NCBI GenBank assembly: GCA_012295275.1
Contig: CM022677.1
Location: 14,322,001 to 14,386,000 of the forward strand
Direction: 5' to 3'
Length of the DNA stretch: 64,000 bases
Source of the DNA: Chrysomallon squamiferum
Taxonomy: Eukaryota; Animalia; Mollusca
This document shows positions 26,371 through 42,409 of this stretch, piece after piece. Each line of letters opens with the position of its first letter. Positions within the stretch are counted from its first letter, which is position 1. The notes under the pieces were generated by a model. It had not been told where the DNA came from. It did not search any database and worked only from the letters and a program-made list of their open reading frames with translations. The position numbers and the translations under genes are program-made.

Positions 26371-27329
26371 TTCCTTTTTATCTGAGAAAACTTGTATATC
26401 GCTCAAATACAAACAGCAAACTGGGAAATGTTTGTTTGCTGTTTCTTTTAAGATGGTTTTCGACTAATAAAATGATCAAACACGAATGCATCTTGAATCT
26501 GATTACATCGGCGCTTTGCCAATTACTTTTGAGTGAGAATCACTCCAGTCACAATGCTGTATAATTGAAAGGGTTTAATGTTTCGTGTTCACTGTAGGGA
26601 TCAGTCCTTCAGGTCAGTTCTGTTCTTTAGTATGGTAAATATATCTGTGAATGGCGTTTTGCCAGTAATGCTACTCATCATGCGCTCTACAGTTCATATT
26701 TCAAACTTATTATTTGGCCACACCTTAAACGCAATCTGATAATCCTTGTCTCTTAGAAAAAAACTCCGACCTGTGACTTAGGAACTGTTTTTATTTATCT
26801 GTGATACATTCTTCTTTGTAATGTAATCCTACAGGTCATTGCAAAGCCACTGTCTATGTCAGAGTACACACCCTGTGATTTTGATTGTTTGGCAGTTATT
26901 TTGGATTCAGGTACTGAGTGAAATGGGTTCATCAGTCAGGAAGAGTTCGTTCTAGGAATTAGTGGTTCATTTCAATTCTTTATGATCGTTAGCTTTATAG
27001 CTTATTGATATGCAATACAAAAAATGCAACAAGTACAAAAGAGAAAAGAAGAATAAAAAAAATGAAATGAAATGTTAAACTCATTAGTTCATTCATTCAT
27101 CGATTACTTGAGTTTTTTTGTTTACTTTAGTTTTTGGGTTGTAGTTGTTATTGTTGTTTTTGTTGTCGTTGTGGTAGTAGTAGTAGTAGTATAAACAACA
27201 AGTATCAAAAGGATAATTCAACAGAGGTCCTTTCAGTTTTGACAGACTCTATTTATATATAATTAACTAATAAAAAATGGAACAACAATAGCAACATAGC
27301 ACCAGTAACAACAACGACAACTCTGCCTC

Positions 27330-28700
<1,371 letters not shown>

Positions 28701-29411
28701 AATATATTTAATAACTTTTCAGTTTTAAACGCTCGCATGTCAAAATCAGGGCGTATGTGTGGGTCTATGTATGTGTGTGTGAAGAGGAATGCCTGTCTAT
28801 CTCTCTGTTTATCTAATTTGTAAATATGAAAATAGATATGTATACATGTTACTTGTCAAAGTTTAAAATCCCCTACAAAGCTATTCTCACGCCTTTCAAT
28901 TTGTGAAGAAAACGTTGCTCTTCGCGCGAAAAAGAAATACCTCTATTAAAAATTACAAACAGAACTAAGAAGTTTGAGACTCAAAAATATTTTGGAAAAA
29001 TAATTGGATGAATTTTATTAGGAAAACTTTATATGAATTTGGATTGGGATATATATCGATACATTAATGAAAATAAAAAAAAATGTTTGTGCATAATTAA
29101 GCAAATAATATATGACGAAGCAACGCAGAATGTTTCAATTCAGTTAAATACATCTGTGAAATGTCATAATTTCTATAAATACATCACAGATGGTGTAGCA
29201 TTTCAGTTTCATTTAGTTAAATCTGTACCAATGATTTATAAAAGATACTGAACTAAAGTGAGGCTATCTACACATCAGCTGACAAATGAGACTGGGAGAT
29301 ACAGGTATAGTGAGAAAACAGAATGAATATGTATGTTATGTAACAGTGGTGAAATTGAAGATGAGGTTATTATTATTATTATTAGCATTACCATTATTAT
29401 TATTATTATTA

Positions 29412-29457
<46 letters not shown>

Positions 29458-29642
29458 TATTATTGTTTTTATTATACTTCAGTTTCAATCTTAAATTTAA
29501 ATAAAACTGGCCTGAGTATTTTGTACATAGCACATTTAAACATATGAACTGATAACCAAATATTTCTTAACACACTCACTGTTATCTGAATAGTAACAAT
29601 TATCACTATTGGTGACACACACTCACTCACACACATGCACAT

Positions 29643-30990
29643 GGTTCTGTCCATCTTGTGGAAGTCATAAATAAATCACTAATCCCATTCACGGTACTCA
29701 AATAAGACAGTGGACTAGGCCACAGGGTTGAGTGTCATCCAATCCTGTCAAATCCCATGTACCGGCCACAGAGGAATAACAAAACAAGTTGAATTTGTTT
29801 ATTTAACATTGAAGCACTATATTCAGAGATAGTATTATTCAAAGTTCAAGCACTATGTTCAGAGATAGTATTATTCAAAGTTCAAGCACTATATTCAGAG
29901 ATAGTATTATTACAAAGTTCAAGGTGTGCACTATATTCAGAGATAGTATTATTCAAAGTTCAAGCACTATATTCAGAGATAGTATTATTCAAACTGTTCT
30001 CTTGAGACGTCACTCCAAATTCAGAGACGTCCTACAACTCAAACTGTTCACGTCCTACACCTCCAAACTGTGTCTCTTGAGACGTCCTACACCTCCAAAC
30101 TGGATCTGAATCCTTTTGGTCCGCTCTGCCTTCAGAATACCTTGGATGAGGTCCTACAAACTTGTAGATGTTGGGTGATGGTGGGGTAGAGATCTGTCTC
30201 CTTGAATGGAACCCGGCAAAGACGCAAACAGGGAACCAAATAATCCAAACTGTACTTTGAGACACCAACCTGGGCAAACTGTCCTCTCCATGAGACGTCC
30301 TAGCAATCTTTGACTGTCATCTTGAGACGTCCACCATCTTGTCAGACATCTCCATCCGAAACTGTCTCTTGAGACGTCCTACATGCTCCAAACTGTCTCT
30401 TGAGGACGGGATCCTGGTTTTAATGATCCAAACTGTCTCTTGAGACGTCCTAGGTGTGAAACTGGATCTTGGTGGGCAATCTCATTTTGTCCCTGTTGTG
30501 TGATTTCATCTCTCTCGCCTGCTTGGATGAGGTCTACAAACTTGGCAGATGTTATGCTGGTGGGTGAGAAAAACTGTTAAAACAAGACATGGAACCTTGA
30601 AAATGTTAAACAAACAGGAGAGGGATCCATGGCTAAACAAAACAATGTAAAACTGATTCCACAAACCCCAAAAAGAGGAGAACGTTTTCCATGTAGATTG
30701 TCTTTTAGCTGTCTGTAGATTGATTAATAGGTTAAACTGAAACAATCAAAGGAGGATCAAAGTTTTAAGAGAACTCCACACAAAACAAATAATACATTTG
30801 ACAGCATCTCCATCCAGAACAAGAGGAAGGTCTTTAGTTTGTATTCATTTTGGGGGATAACTTGTAGGTACAACTCTTCTATGGAGGCTGGGAGGACACA
30901 CATGTGGTTTTATGATGAGGATATACACTTGCCTAGAACTTTGATTTGACACTGTGGAAAATAGAAAAAATGAAAAAACGTCATTGTCAT
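29643..30990 (-). mobile_element. MULE family 2 copy, scrambled
   Basis: TIR ggttctgtccatcttgtggaag at 29643; pieces matching 16010-16740 are intermixed with an about 30-bp unit aaactgtctcttgagacgtcctac. Confidence 0.7.
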
Positions 30991-31271
30991 CTTGGTAATA
31001 ACATAGAAAAAGCTAGCAAGTACATTTACAGAGACACACATGAACAGACAGACAGAAACTCAGAAACAAACACACCAACTAACCCTAAATATACCAATGA
31101 CAAATGACAAATACACTGAAATGCCAGACACAGACACAAATAGAATGACAAAGAATGAATGAGAAAGAAAATACAGAGAAGAAAGAGAGAGTGTTAAGTA
31201 GAATGAGGTTGATAGTTATGGATAAAGAAGAAAGAAAAGAAAAATATACAGAAAAAAGTATGTTTAGGAGT

Positions 31272-31367
<96 letters not shown>

Positions 31368-31604
31368 TTCAAGAGCATGAGAACAAAGACAAAAAGTAAA
31401 CAAGCCATTTTATATACATACCTAATAAACTGGAGTTCAGACTTAATTCCTGCATAGAACTTGTGTCTGGTTTGGATTCTGGAAACTTGGCAACTGTACT
31501 TTAACTATCAGCAGAAAAAGGAAAAACAAAAGAAGAAAAAAATATAATAATGAGAAATTTGTCAAATCTAAATAGTTAGAAAATGAAATACATGTGTGTA
31601 TAAG

Positions 31605-31708
<104 letters not shown>

Positions 31709-31855
31709 ATAAGATATAATAATATACAAATCTAAATTAACCATCAACAGTAAGTGTTTGGTTGTTAACTTTTGCATCATTCAGATGAAAAGTAGTCATC
31801 TTTGGATGATTGAAAACAGCAGACAAAAACTGAGTACACAATTTAGTGATACCAG

Positions 31856-33400
31856 CGGTTTATTCCCAATTCTGGCAGTGAGATGATAATACATCTTAAT
31901 TGGACACGCCAATTGTTCCATTTCTGGTATTTTATTTCTCACCCTTACTAATTGGTGTTCTGTCACCTTATTTGATGTACTTTTGTCCACAATTTGTAGG
32001 ACAACCAGTCAGACTCTACGCAAGAAATGTTCCAGAAAGCCACCGCGAGCTGACAAGTAGGAAGCCGTGTCCCAGGTACACGTGACGTACTCCAATAACA
32101 GCTGGAAGAGCTTGTGCTTGTCTTCTTCAGTGCAGCGGGACTTCCTTGATTTCTGTCCACCTTCCAGCTGCAGCAGATGGGCTTCCTTGTTGGCATTCTC
32201 TGACTTCTCAGCTCATATATGTTCATGTGTGGTTTCACTCCTCTCTTGGCCAACCTGCTGTTGTAACGTTCACAGTTGTTGTTTGTCCTAGGGGTGTTGC
32301 TCCTGAAGTGGTTCCAAATGGTCAATGGAAAGTTGCCATTAATCCACGTATCTCGAAAGTACTCGCTGAACTGAAAGCAAGCTGGCAGATCCGGTTTGTG
32401 GGTCACTACAAGGTTGTATCCATCCACAACACAAGGAACTGGAAGGAATGCTAGTCCAACAAACATACGGAACCACTTGTGTACTTCCTCACTGGACATG
32501 TAAGCAGGGGAGAGGCCCAATCCTTGAAGATTCCAAAACAGGGCTTGGCCCTTCAGATGTATAGATGGCATCAAATCACGAATCACATTGTGCAATTTCA
32601 AAATCCACGATCACAGTTTTAGATTCAACAGAACACATGGGTTAGGTGACAATGAATCACATACAGCTGGTAAAAGAACTTCGGACAGATCTTGAATGTT
32701 CCATCCATTGACGTAGTCTCAGACTCACAAAGTCTCCTAAAATCAGCACCAGTACCAAACACGATGATCTACTCTCCACCTGCACGTCATCCACAAGGAC
32801 AAAATCGGATCCCAACTCTGTCTTGGTCCACTCACCTTCCATGTGTGCATCCATAGCTGCCTTTGGAGTTTGAAGACTTTTTCGCTCTCTGTCGGTACAA
32901 GCAGGATTTGATGCCCTCAAACATACTCAGCTTGGAAGCTATGTCCTGTGGTGTTGCATCTCCATACTTGGTCCACAATTTCTTCCTCTCCTCTTCAGGT
33001 ATCTTTGGGATACTGGTCAGCTCCTCCCATGCTCGCTTCCACATGGTGTTGGTCAGTAGGTGGACAGCAACTTCACCTCTCATCCAAGGAATGGATGTGG
33101 TCTTTACCTCCCCAACCACAGTCCCATCCGGTGTAGTAGTCACGGTGGCAAGGCACCTTGAATACAGACATCTCTATGACATTCTTGTTATTAATCCACC
33201 GTGCATACCTATATCCATTGATCTTGTTAAAATTGGTAATATTTCATGTCTCCAAATTTTACTGAGATACAACATTAATTGCATGTCTCCAAACATTAAT
33301 TTTCTTGCAGTCTCTATTCCGGTTCACCTCTGCTCTTCACTGCTCATTAAAGTTAATCTCATTAATTGCCCCCTCTGTTCTTCATGCCTCTTGTTAATCG
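31856..33400 (-). mobile_element. FLYWCH-MULE transposase element, family 1, copy B
   Basis: Paralog of 17912-19475; ORF 31963-32601 contains LAFLP, YFRDTWI and RTNNNCE. Confidence 0.92.
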
Positions 33401-33683
33401 CAGTTGTAGTAGTTTTAGTAGTAGTTACAGTTGTAGTAGCAGTGGTAGCAGAATTCGTAGTTGTACTATTAGTGGTAACAATACTAGAAGTAGTAATAGT
33501 TTTAATATTAATAGAACTAGTAGTAGTAATAGTGGTAATAGTTGTAGTATTAGTAGTAACTGTTCTAGTTGTAGTATTAGTACTAGTTGTAACTGTGGTA
33601 GAATTAGCTTAGGTCATATAGTAGTAGTAAATACAACAAGAAGAGGTAGTAAATAACTGGAGCCACCACAGTGGTAGTAGTAA

Positions 33684-33757
<74 letters not shown>

Positions 33758-34124
33758 CAAGTAGTAGATGTAATAATGGTAGTAAAAATAACATAATTAA
33801 CATATACAGTATAAGTAACAACAGTAGAAATAGCAATATAGAAGGAGCAGAAGTAGCAATATTAATAACTAATTGATACTGCTGGAGAAATACATATACT
33901 ACTACTAATAATAACACTAACAATAACAATAACAATAATAATATTAATAATAACACTAACACCAACAATAATAATAATACTGACAACAACAACAACAATA
34001 ATAATAAGAAGAAGAAGAAGAAGAAGAAGAAGAAAATGAAGAAGATGAAGAAGAAGAGAAAATAAGAATTTATTTTTCACAGGTATACATATATAAATAT
34101 ATAAATAATTTCTTTGTTATTGGA

Positions 34125-34169
<45 letters not shown>

Positions 34170-34299
34170 TATTATTATTATTATCGTTACTATTATCATT
34201 ATTACTATTATTACTACTAATACTACTACTACTATTATTATTATTATTATTATTATCATTATAAAACATTTTATAACAGTTATAATTAAGATTACTCAC

Positions 34300-34419
34300 A
34301 GCACTCTCAGTGTCTGTTTTGTTGGTGGTGAGGCTAAGGAAGATCACTGTTGTGTTAGAACACATTGCCAAACACACAGCTCGGAAAGCCTGGATTCCAA
34401 GACTGTTTCCTGATAAATT
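34300..34419 (-). CDS. Intact 40-codon LRR exon (RI-like), present only in copy B
   Basis: ttag acceptor and gtgagt donor; NLSGNSLGIQAFRAVCLAMCSNTTVIFLSLTTNKTDTESA fits LxLxxNxIG...L..NTT...LxLxxN. Confidence 0.7.
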
Positions 34420-35433
34420 CTAAACCTAGTTAAAAAATAAGTAAATAAACAAAAATAAAGGTGTTAATAATTAATGAAAATATAGAATACTAAAATATTC
34501 AGTAGGTTGTAATATTAAATAAAATAATAAAAAGATTAATAATATTATATATCCAATATTATGTAATTCAGTATGATTATATTTTAATTAAATAAAAAAT
34601 AATAAGAATATTAATAAATAAATAAATAAATAAATGATAGATACATACATACATACATACAATGGATAGATACATAGAAGATAGATAGAAAGATTTATAA
34701 ATAAATAAAAATAAATAAAACAAAAATAATCAACTGTCTACTAAAACTTGTTTTGAGAGCATTTTTAGAAATTAAAACTATAAATAAATTTAGAATTATT
34801 TAAAAAACAGATTCTTAAGCTATTTATATTCAGAAGTATCAAAAGAGAACTTAAAGAAAGATTATATATAATATTTTCTCTCTTTGTTATACTTCAAAAA
34901 ATATTACAACTTTGACAATAATTGTTAAAAATCATAATGAAAAGAAACAGAGAAAAAAGAAAGAAACTTGCTAATTAGGAACAAATAAGAAATGATATAA
35001 AGACACAGACTGACATACAGAAGGACAAACAGATAAGTATATAGTAAGTACAGACATAGGTATATAGACAGATTCTCAGAAAGAAATACAGACAAACATA
35101 TAAGTATATAGTAAGTACAGACATAGGTATATAGACAGATTCTCAGAAAGAAATACACACAGACAAACAGATAAGTATATAGTAAGTACAGACATAGGTA
35201 TATAGACAGATTCTCAGAAAGAAATACAGACAAACATATAAGTATATAGTAAGTACAGACATAGGTATATAGACAGATTCTCAGAAAGACAAACATTTTT
35301 ATCTGAACATTTTCAAGGAAAGAAATAAACACAGACAAACAGATAAGCAAAGAGAGATAGAAATAAATAAATAGGGAGACAGACAGAAAGAGAAATAGAC
35401 AGATAGACTAATACATATTTACAGACAGATTTA

Positions 35434-36870
35434 CCTGAATATTTTTTAAAGGTTTTAAAACCTGACTAGGTGGTAAAGCTTGTGGCAATTTAAGTCTTGG
35501 CCTGGCTGCTTTCAACAAAAACTCGGGTTTCACAAGAAGATTATTCAGTCAAGTCAAACTTTTTCTGTGTGTGGATGCATATCTTCCATGCTGTCACCCT
35601 TACTGAAAGAAAGTTTTGAAACTAATTTCTTTTCTTTTGTCAGAGTTGTTTCAGCAGTTTGTTCACTTTCTTTCTTAGACATTATTTTTACTGAAATACC
35701 TCTCTTAATGGGTGGTGATGTTTCTGGTTTCTTTTCTAGTGTGTCTGGATGTTTCTTGGCACAGTTTGAGTTTGAGTTTTCAGTGGTTGGTGTGGTGATG
35801 TCAGTTTGTCTCAGTCTAATGGTGGTACTGGTGTTGTTGGTGCTGACTGCTGTTTCATTTTCAATGATGTGAAACCCATGTCAGTTCTGTGGAAATAACA
35901 AAAGAGGAAAAATATATAAATATATATGTATATATGTATAACAAGAAACATGAAGAAGAACTATAATAATAAAAATAATTATAACTAGCTTGTAAAAATA
36001 ATAATAATAACAATAATAATAATAATAAACAAATAATAAAATAAAATAATTTGAATTATTAGAATGTAGAAAAATAACTAGAAAGATGAAGATGCAGTTA
36101 AGAGACTGAAAATATTAATACTATAAATAAATAAAAAATAAATAAATAAATAAATAAATTAGTAAATCAAAATTTAAATTAAAATTATAATAATAAAATA
36201 AATACATACACATAAATACAATAATAATAATAAAAAAATTATTTGAATTCTTCAAATAAAATGAGCAGGATAACAAAATTAAAAAAATGGGCCTTACAAC
36301 ATTTTCAACTGAAGTGCTGGCTAGGATCCTACAACAAAATATAATATTCATTAATAAACTAAACATAAATTGTAGCATTTTATTGAAATAGTTGTAAATT
36401 CTGTAAATAAAATATTGAAATAAATTCAACGTATTTGTTTATTGTTTAATATAAGATAAAAGTGTAATGTGTGTGTTTTTGTGAGTTTTTTTATTCATTA
36501 AGTTATTACCCTTTCACATTGTTAAGAATCCATGTTTTGATGATCTTCTGGTAAAAGTTCTTTTCAACAAAAGGATCAACACCTTTTGGATCCACATGTT
36601 CATCAGTCTGATAAGATGTTCTTCAGGATGAAAGTTAAGTAGCAACAAAAGTTTCTGTATTAGGAAAGGAAAGAGGTGTACAAGAATTAAATAAAAATAT
36701 TGATAACTAAGACAGTATATTTACATTGTAAAAAGAAGCTTTACAGCATCTTAACAAAATATTAAAGCAACTGGTCTGGAAAAGTACATTATCTTTGTTG
36801 ATTTAATAAACAGTTACTTCAAGCTGGTTACTAATGAAACTGCTAAAACAGACCAAATCGAAACTAAAGA
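35434..36870 (-). pseudogene. 5' exons of the LRR-RRM gene, copy B
   Basis: Paralogous to 21404-22860, with its own indels (for example a 24-nt deletion in the DPRQQ exon). Confidence 0.55.
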
Positions 36871-37541
36871 AAAAATATTTTATTTAAGAACATATACAGC
36901 ATGTTTTTTTACTAGATTTAATAAAAAAGGTAACTACCTACACAGAAAATGAAAAAGAAACCCTGTTTCTGCAATATAAAGTGACACCCTTTTAAACAAG
37001 CAACTAAACATATTTTTCTAATGTACATCTTTGCACAGAAAAAAAAAAAACAAGCATATACCATAATGTTATACATATATCAGGTATGGATAATCAGCTA
37101 GATTGTTAAATAACCTTATACCAGTCTGTATAGCAGATCCACATGTTGCAGATCAGGCACCATAAACATAAGCACTAAAACATATAGTTTTGTATAAACG
37201 GAATAAAAAATATACATTATAACTTTAGAAATGTGCTGTTTAATAAACCTAATGTAATTCATTGGCCTTAAAGTTCCACCAAATCATTAACAACAGAATT
37301 TTAGAGAAATCATTAAATAAATATTTTATTATTTGAGTCATTTTTCACTTCTTAGGCAGAGAAGTAATTTTATTCCTCAGATTATTTAGTGACAACAGCT
37401 TTACTCACAATACAGAGATTGTTATTTATTGTCATCTTAGAATAGATGCATAAATGCCTCACAGGAAATAACATGCCAACCTGTTTGTACATAATTTGTT
37501 TAAAAGAAAATGAATATATTTGATTAATTATTGCTAGTTAC

Positions 37542-38660
37542 CTGGACATAAAACATTTGTTTCACATGTTTCTTGAAGATTCCTGTGTCATCTGTCCCTC
37601 AGTCTTTGCCTCCATTCTTCGGTGTGCAGTATTTGTGCCTGTTCTTATCTCAGATCTTATTCTAGTGCCTCTACCACATGTTCCACTACAACTACCCAGT
37701 CTCTGAAGTGAGCATGCAGACCAGGAACCACCAACTGTAAGAATGAAATTAAATAATAAATTAATAAATAATAAACAAACAAATAAATAAATAAATAAAT
37801 AAATTAAAAATAAATAAATAAATTAATTAAAAATGACAATTAAATACTTTTTAATTGCACTTGAAATCTAGTACTGAGATGATTTTCTTTTATGTAGAAG
37901 TTGAATGTCAGATTAACTTGCCTGCACAAAGCTTAGTGAGTGTTTCAGTTGTTCTGCCAGTACAGAATAGTCTGCTGCTGTCAATACATGAGTTGGTGAG
38001 GATCCAATTCCAGGATATATTAATATCTTTAAGACACATTATTGATCAGACATGCAAAATTAAATATGAATTAATGTTATACTGATCATGTTATAAGGCA
38101 GATAAAAATAATTTATATCTCAAAGTATTTGTTTAACAAATATAAATTGTTTGACAAGATAAATATATGTAATTATTTAAAATCATATCAGAAAATTAAT
38201 TTTTAAAATCTCTAATAATGCTTGCAGGAGGCACTGGATTGGAAAATGGATGAAAAACAAATAAAAAATAAATAAAGAAATGCATAGCTTAATTTATGTG
38301 TTTGTTGTGTGTGTGTTTTTGTATGCAAATGTGTACACCAACACAAAGAACACCAATTTAAACACAAACCATGGATTCATATATATTTTATTTATACTCA
38401 TCAATATTCAGTCCTAGTTCAGCAGCTTACCTCTATGACACAGTGTGTGAGTGTGTATGTGTATGCACAGATAGATATCAATAATTGCAATATATGATCA
38501 CTAGATAAGTTTCTATATTTTTAGTCAGTAAAAAAAAACAATGACTTTTTTAATATTTAATTACCAGTTTAATCTTAAAAGCCCCTAGTGCTTGTACAAA
38601 CTTCAGCCTGTGTTTATCATTAGCTCCACCCATATACGGGTCACTAAGGCACAGGGGTGA
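37542..38660 (-). pseudogene. Thrombospondin type-1 repeat exons, disabled
   Basis: Exon about 37735-37542 (ttacag...CCAG|gtaac) reads GGSWSACS...GSCSGTCGRGTRIRSEIRT...KNGGKD*...ETCETNVLCP. Weaker fragments at about 38010-37922 and about 38660-38610. Confidence 0.75.
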
Positions 38661-39096
38661 ATAGGATAAAACAAGAAAAGCAAACTGAAAAGAAGACAAA
38701 ATGGATTTCACAAGCATATCACATAAACAGAACAAGTTACATGATAAAAAGCCTTTAAGCTATTGCAATTGTTTTTCTCTCAAATACAGACCAAATTAAA
38801 TTAAAATTAAAAACAAAAAAAATTAAAGATCTAAGAAAACAAAGCAAAAAACAACAAATCAAACAACAAAAAAGAAATTGTAAAACCCTTGAAAATAAAT
38901 AAATAAATAATTACTAAACTACAAATTATTATAATGTGGATTTAATTGCAAAGATAGGAATCAAAAGCACATTTTTAATAAAATGAAGTGAACCTATAAT
39001 TTTTTTTACACTTAAATGACCATCCAGTCAGTTTTTTATTTTTAAAATAAGAGCTCCAAAATTGTTAAAAGAAAAACACACACAGTCATATACAAA

Positions 39097-39151
<55 letters not shown>

Positions 39152-39649
39152 CTAATGATAATAATAAAAAATTAATTATAACAGTTAAAAGGAAGAAACA
39201 TTTTTAACTTTGCAATGTAACCAACTAAGAAATGAAAATAAAAAAACACTAAATAAAATAATATGTGTATGTATGTTTGTATATTTAAGTGTGTTTGTGT
39301 ATGTGTGCGTGTTGAAGTAAATAGAGACACATAATTAACATTGAATTATAAACACAACTGCACACATTAAACTTTCAGAACCAGGACAAACAACAACAAA
39401 CCCACCTATAAAAAAAATAACCATGGAAGACATAAAAACCACTAACTCAAATGATTCAGAAATGAAGATTAGGATTTTCAAAATACAGCAGGTTAAAAAG
39501 GCCAAATCTGATTTTAAAAAAAGAAAAAGTTGACCAGAAGCAAAAGGCGATAAATAAAAAAACAATATAAATCACCAACAAACTCTCAGACAAAACCCTG
39601 AATGGAAAATAATAAAAAAGTGGACATTCTGGTATCCTTACAAACAAAA

Positions 39650-40410
39650 ATATATACCACAGCATACAAATACAGAACAAAGCCAATCTCCAAACAGAAA
39701 AAAAACTGAGATATCTTATCAAGTCACAAATCTCATCAATCAGCAAAACAGCAGAAATCATAAAAAAAGTGACAACTGAAGGAAAATTTATTTACAGATG
39801 AACACAAAACTCTTAAAGACTTTTGGTTCCAGTGTAAACATCTGGCATCAACATTTTCTTACTGGAAATTACCTTCACTAATCCTGAAACTCTGAATCAG
39901 CAAAATAGTAAAACAGTCTGCACATCAACAACAACAACAACAACAACAACAACACAAAGCCAAATGAGTGAAAAAAAACAAGACAACAATTAAAACATAC
40001 CTTTCACAACAGTTCAGTTTTTAAACAACAGTCAGCCATATTGAAATGGAGAACAGAGTTGGTGAATGTTAAATAGTAAACAAATAAAATAAACAATAGT
40101 TACACCTTTCATCCTCAAAAAACAAAATCATTGTAGTAATAAACTACATAACAACAACTTTACCAAACTCAGAATCAGCTACTGCACCAATCTAAAGACA
40201 ATCAAATTCAAACACAAAATAAACACAACACCAAACTGTAGATGTGGAATTTCTGAAACCATGAAACATTACTTATTTCTCTGTTCACATTCTGTCCTAA
40301 TGCTCCATTACTTTTTCAATGAATTAAAAATTGAATTTACACTTAAAAACATCTGGCTTGAGAGCCAAACTTTAATTCAAACAAATAAATAGATACAAAT
40401 GGTTGATTAA
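39650..40410 (+). mobile_element. LINE ORF2 3' remnant
   Basis: TKLRIS...PNCRCGISETMKHYLFLC, a C-terminal CCHC-type knuckle, at about 40160-40290. Confidence 0.6.
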
Positions 40411-40546
40411 ATAAATTCAAAAACATAATATAAAATAACAAATTCAAAAAATAAATAGCATACAGAGTAACAAAGAAAACAAAAAGCAAATACATCAACA
40501 CAAAATAATTATATAAATTAATTAATTAACAGATCAACTGACTCAC

Positions 40547-41790
40547 CAGCTGATAGAGTGGCTGTCACAGAGTTTCAGAAGATATTTTAAAAATTCCACA
40601 TTTTCTTGGCACAAGGACATAAACTGGTTCTGGCTGGAGTGGGCTGTTTGGAATGTGAACTTTCCATCCAAAGTTACAAAAAAAATTGCAGACTGTAGCA
40701 GGAAATGAACTGGGAAAATGATGACCAACACGGGTTATATCAGCTGCAGAAATTACAATTTTACACTTGTCTACCAATGTGTTATAACTTTTCTTTCTGC
40801 TTCCACAATGTGTAGGTGCTCAAATTCCTCTCAAAACACTCTCATTTCCTCTTCTGTTGGAAGACTGGCAGTTTGCTGTATCTTGTCACTGTTAGCATTG
40901 CCAGCAGAGATCTGTTTTGGGACAATAAAAGAACACATATGTTACACAGATTGATAAATGATGACCTAAAAAGGATTAAAAATCAGTGTCAGTGACATTA
41001 AACTGACAAGACAAACTGAAGAAGACAGCTTTTTCTAAAAAATAAAACTGAAAACAAAATTTAAAATAACAAACAAAAACATACTGCAATATAAAATCAG
41101 TTAATCTAAGAATTCCTAGAATATCCTTAAAATTATATTTACTCATTTAAATATGTTTCAGAACAGATTCCAGTAAATATCACTTAATCAGTTACAAAAA
41201 TTACACATTATTCAAATGAATTCTTACTCTGTGTAATAGCAGTCTATTGATAATCCCTCCAAAGAGAAGATTTAGTCTCAAATGTAGACAGTATTTTCAA
41301 ATTGCTCCCTTTGAATCCTGCAACTGACTCAGACAAAATTAGTCATAATCTTGAGTAAAATGCCGCAGAAATTGAACTATCCTTTCTCTGTCTTCACATG
41401 TAAAAGTGTGTGAATTAATTTTCTTCTGCCAGATTTCTTTTCTCTCTCAGAGTTACCCCATTCAGTCTGCAATGCTTCAATAAAGCTGTGAGTTTGTTCT
41501 GACTAATGCTGTAAACAAACAATAAAAGATATAAGCAGACACCTATAAACCCCCCACAAACACAGACATACACACACACAGACAGACATACACAAACACA
41601 GACATACACACACACAGATAGACATACACAAACACACAGACACACACACACATTCAAATGTACCCTATAAAAATGAAGGAGAAATTACAAATTAACTGCT
41701 GCTTAAATAGAAAACAAAATACTAATAAAAAAAAACATACAAGTTCTCTCTGCTTTGTTCACTGAAATCTTTTGTAGACTTTTCTGCTGC
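40547..41790 (-). mobile_element. Degenerate intron-containing DNA transposase (Sola-like), exons 41508-41228 and 40911-40547, possible small exon about 41785-41741
   Basis: ISQNKLTALLKH...RIVQFL...VAGFKG..LKIL...TK..LW.DY and DLCWQC...EHL..V..ER..Y...KVHIPNSPLQPEPVYVLVPRKCGIF match the family motif DLCWxC / QVHxPxxPLQPGPIYFLxPRKC. AG/GT boundaries present; the superfamily label is from memory. Confidence 0.7.
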
Positions 41791-42134
41791 AAAACAAAAA
41801 AAAATCTAATTTCTTATAACACTGACACAATGGTAAATTATTTGCAATAACTGTCCTAATCCAGATGAAAACAAATATATATAAAAATCATTTTAATGAG
41901 TCTTGTTTATCCAGATAAAATATATTACAATAGATTTAACGTTTAAAATGTTTTGATTTCCAAATTTAATTCTATAATCTCTAACATGAATAAATAATAT
42001 TACTCCAGAAGAACTTACTTTATCTTATGAATATCTATGACATTTTCAACTTGAGACAAATATCACGTCTTTCAAGCTGATGATTATTCACGTTATGTCA
42101 CTAAGTACAAGGCTCGAAATTAAAAAACAATAAT

Positions 42135-42354
42135 TATGGGTTAGTCGCCCAAAAAATATGTTTTCGGTCATCTCTTTTTTCTGTAAGTTATAACACAAGA
42201 GCCACTATTAATAATTTTATCGCAGATATTTTTTTCACATACAAGGTTTGCTCATAGTTCGATAAATTGGACGTATAGGCTTACCTTAATTTGCCAACAT
42301 CTAAAATGAAATATGAAAATTCTTTATTAGCCATAACAAATTTCGAGCTTCCCA

Positions 42355-42409
<55 letters not shown>

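Noticed and set aside
32863-33612. 249-aa ORF with a hydrophobic tail
   Set aside because: Antisense of the MULE transposase running into (GTA)n low-complexity sequence.
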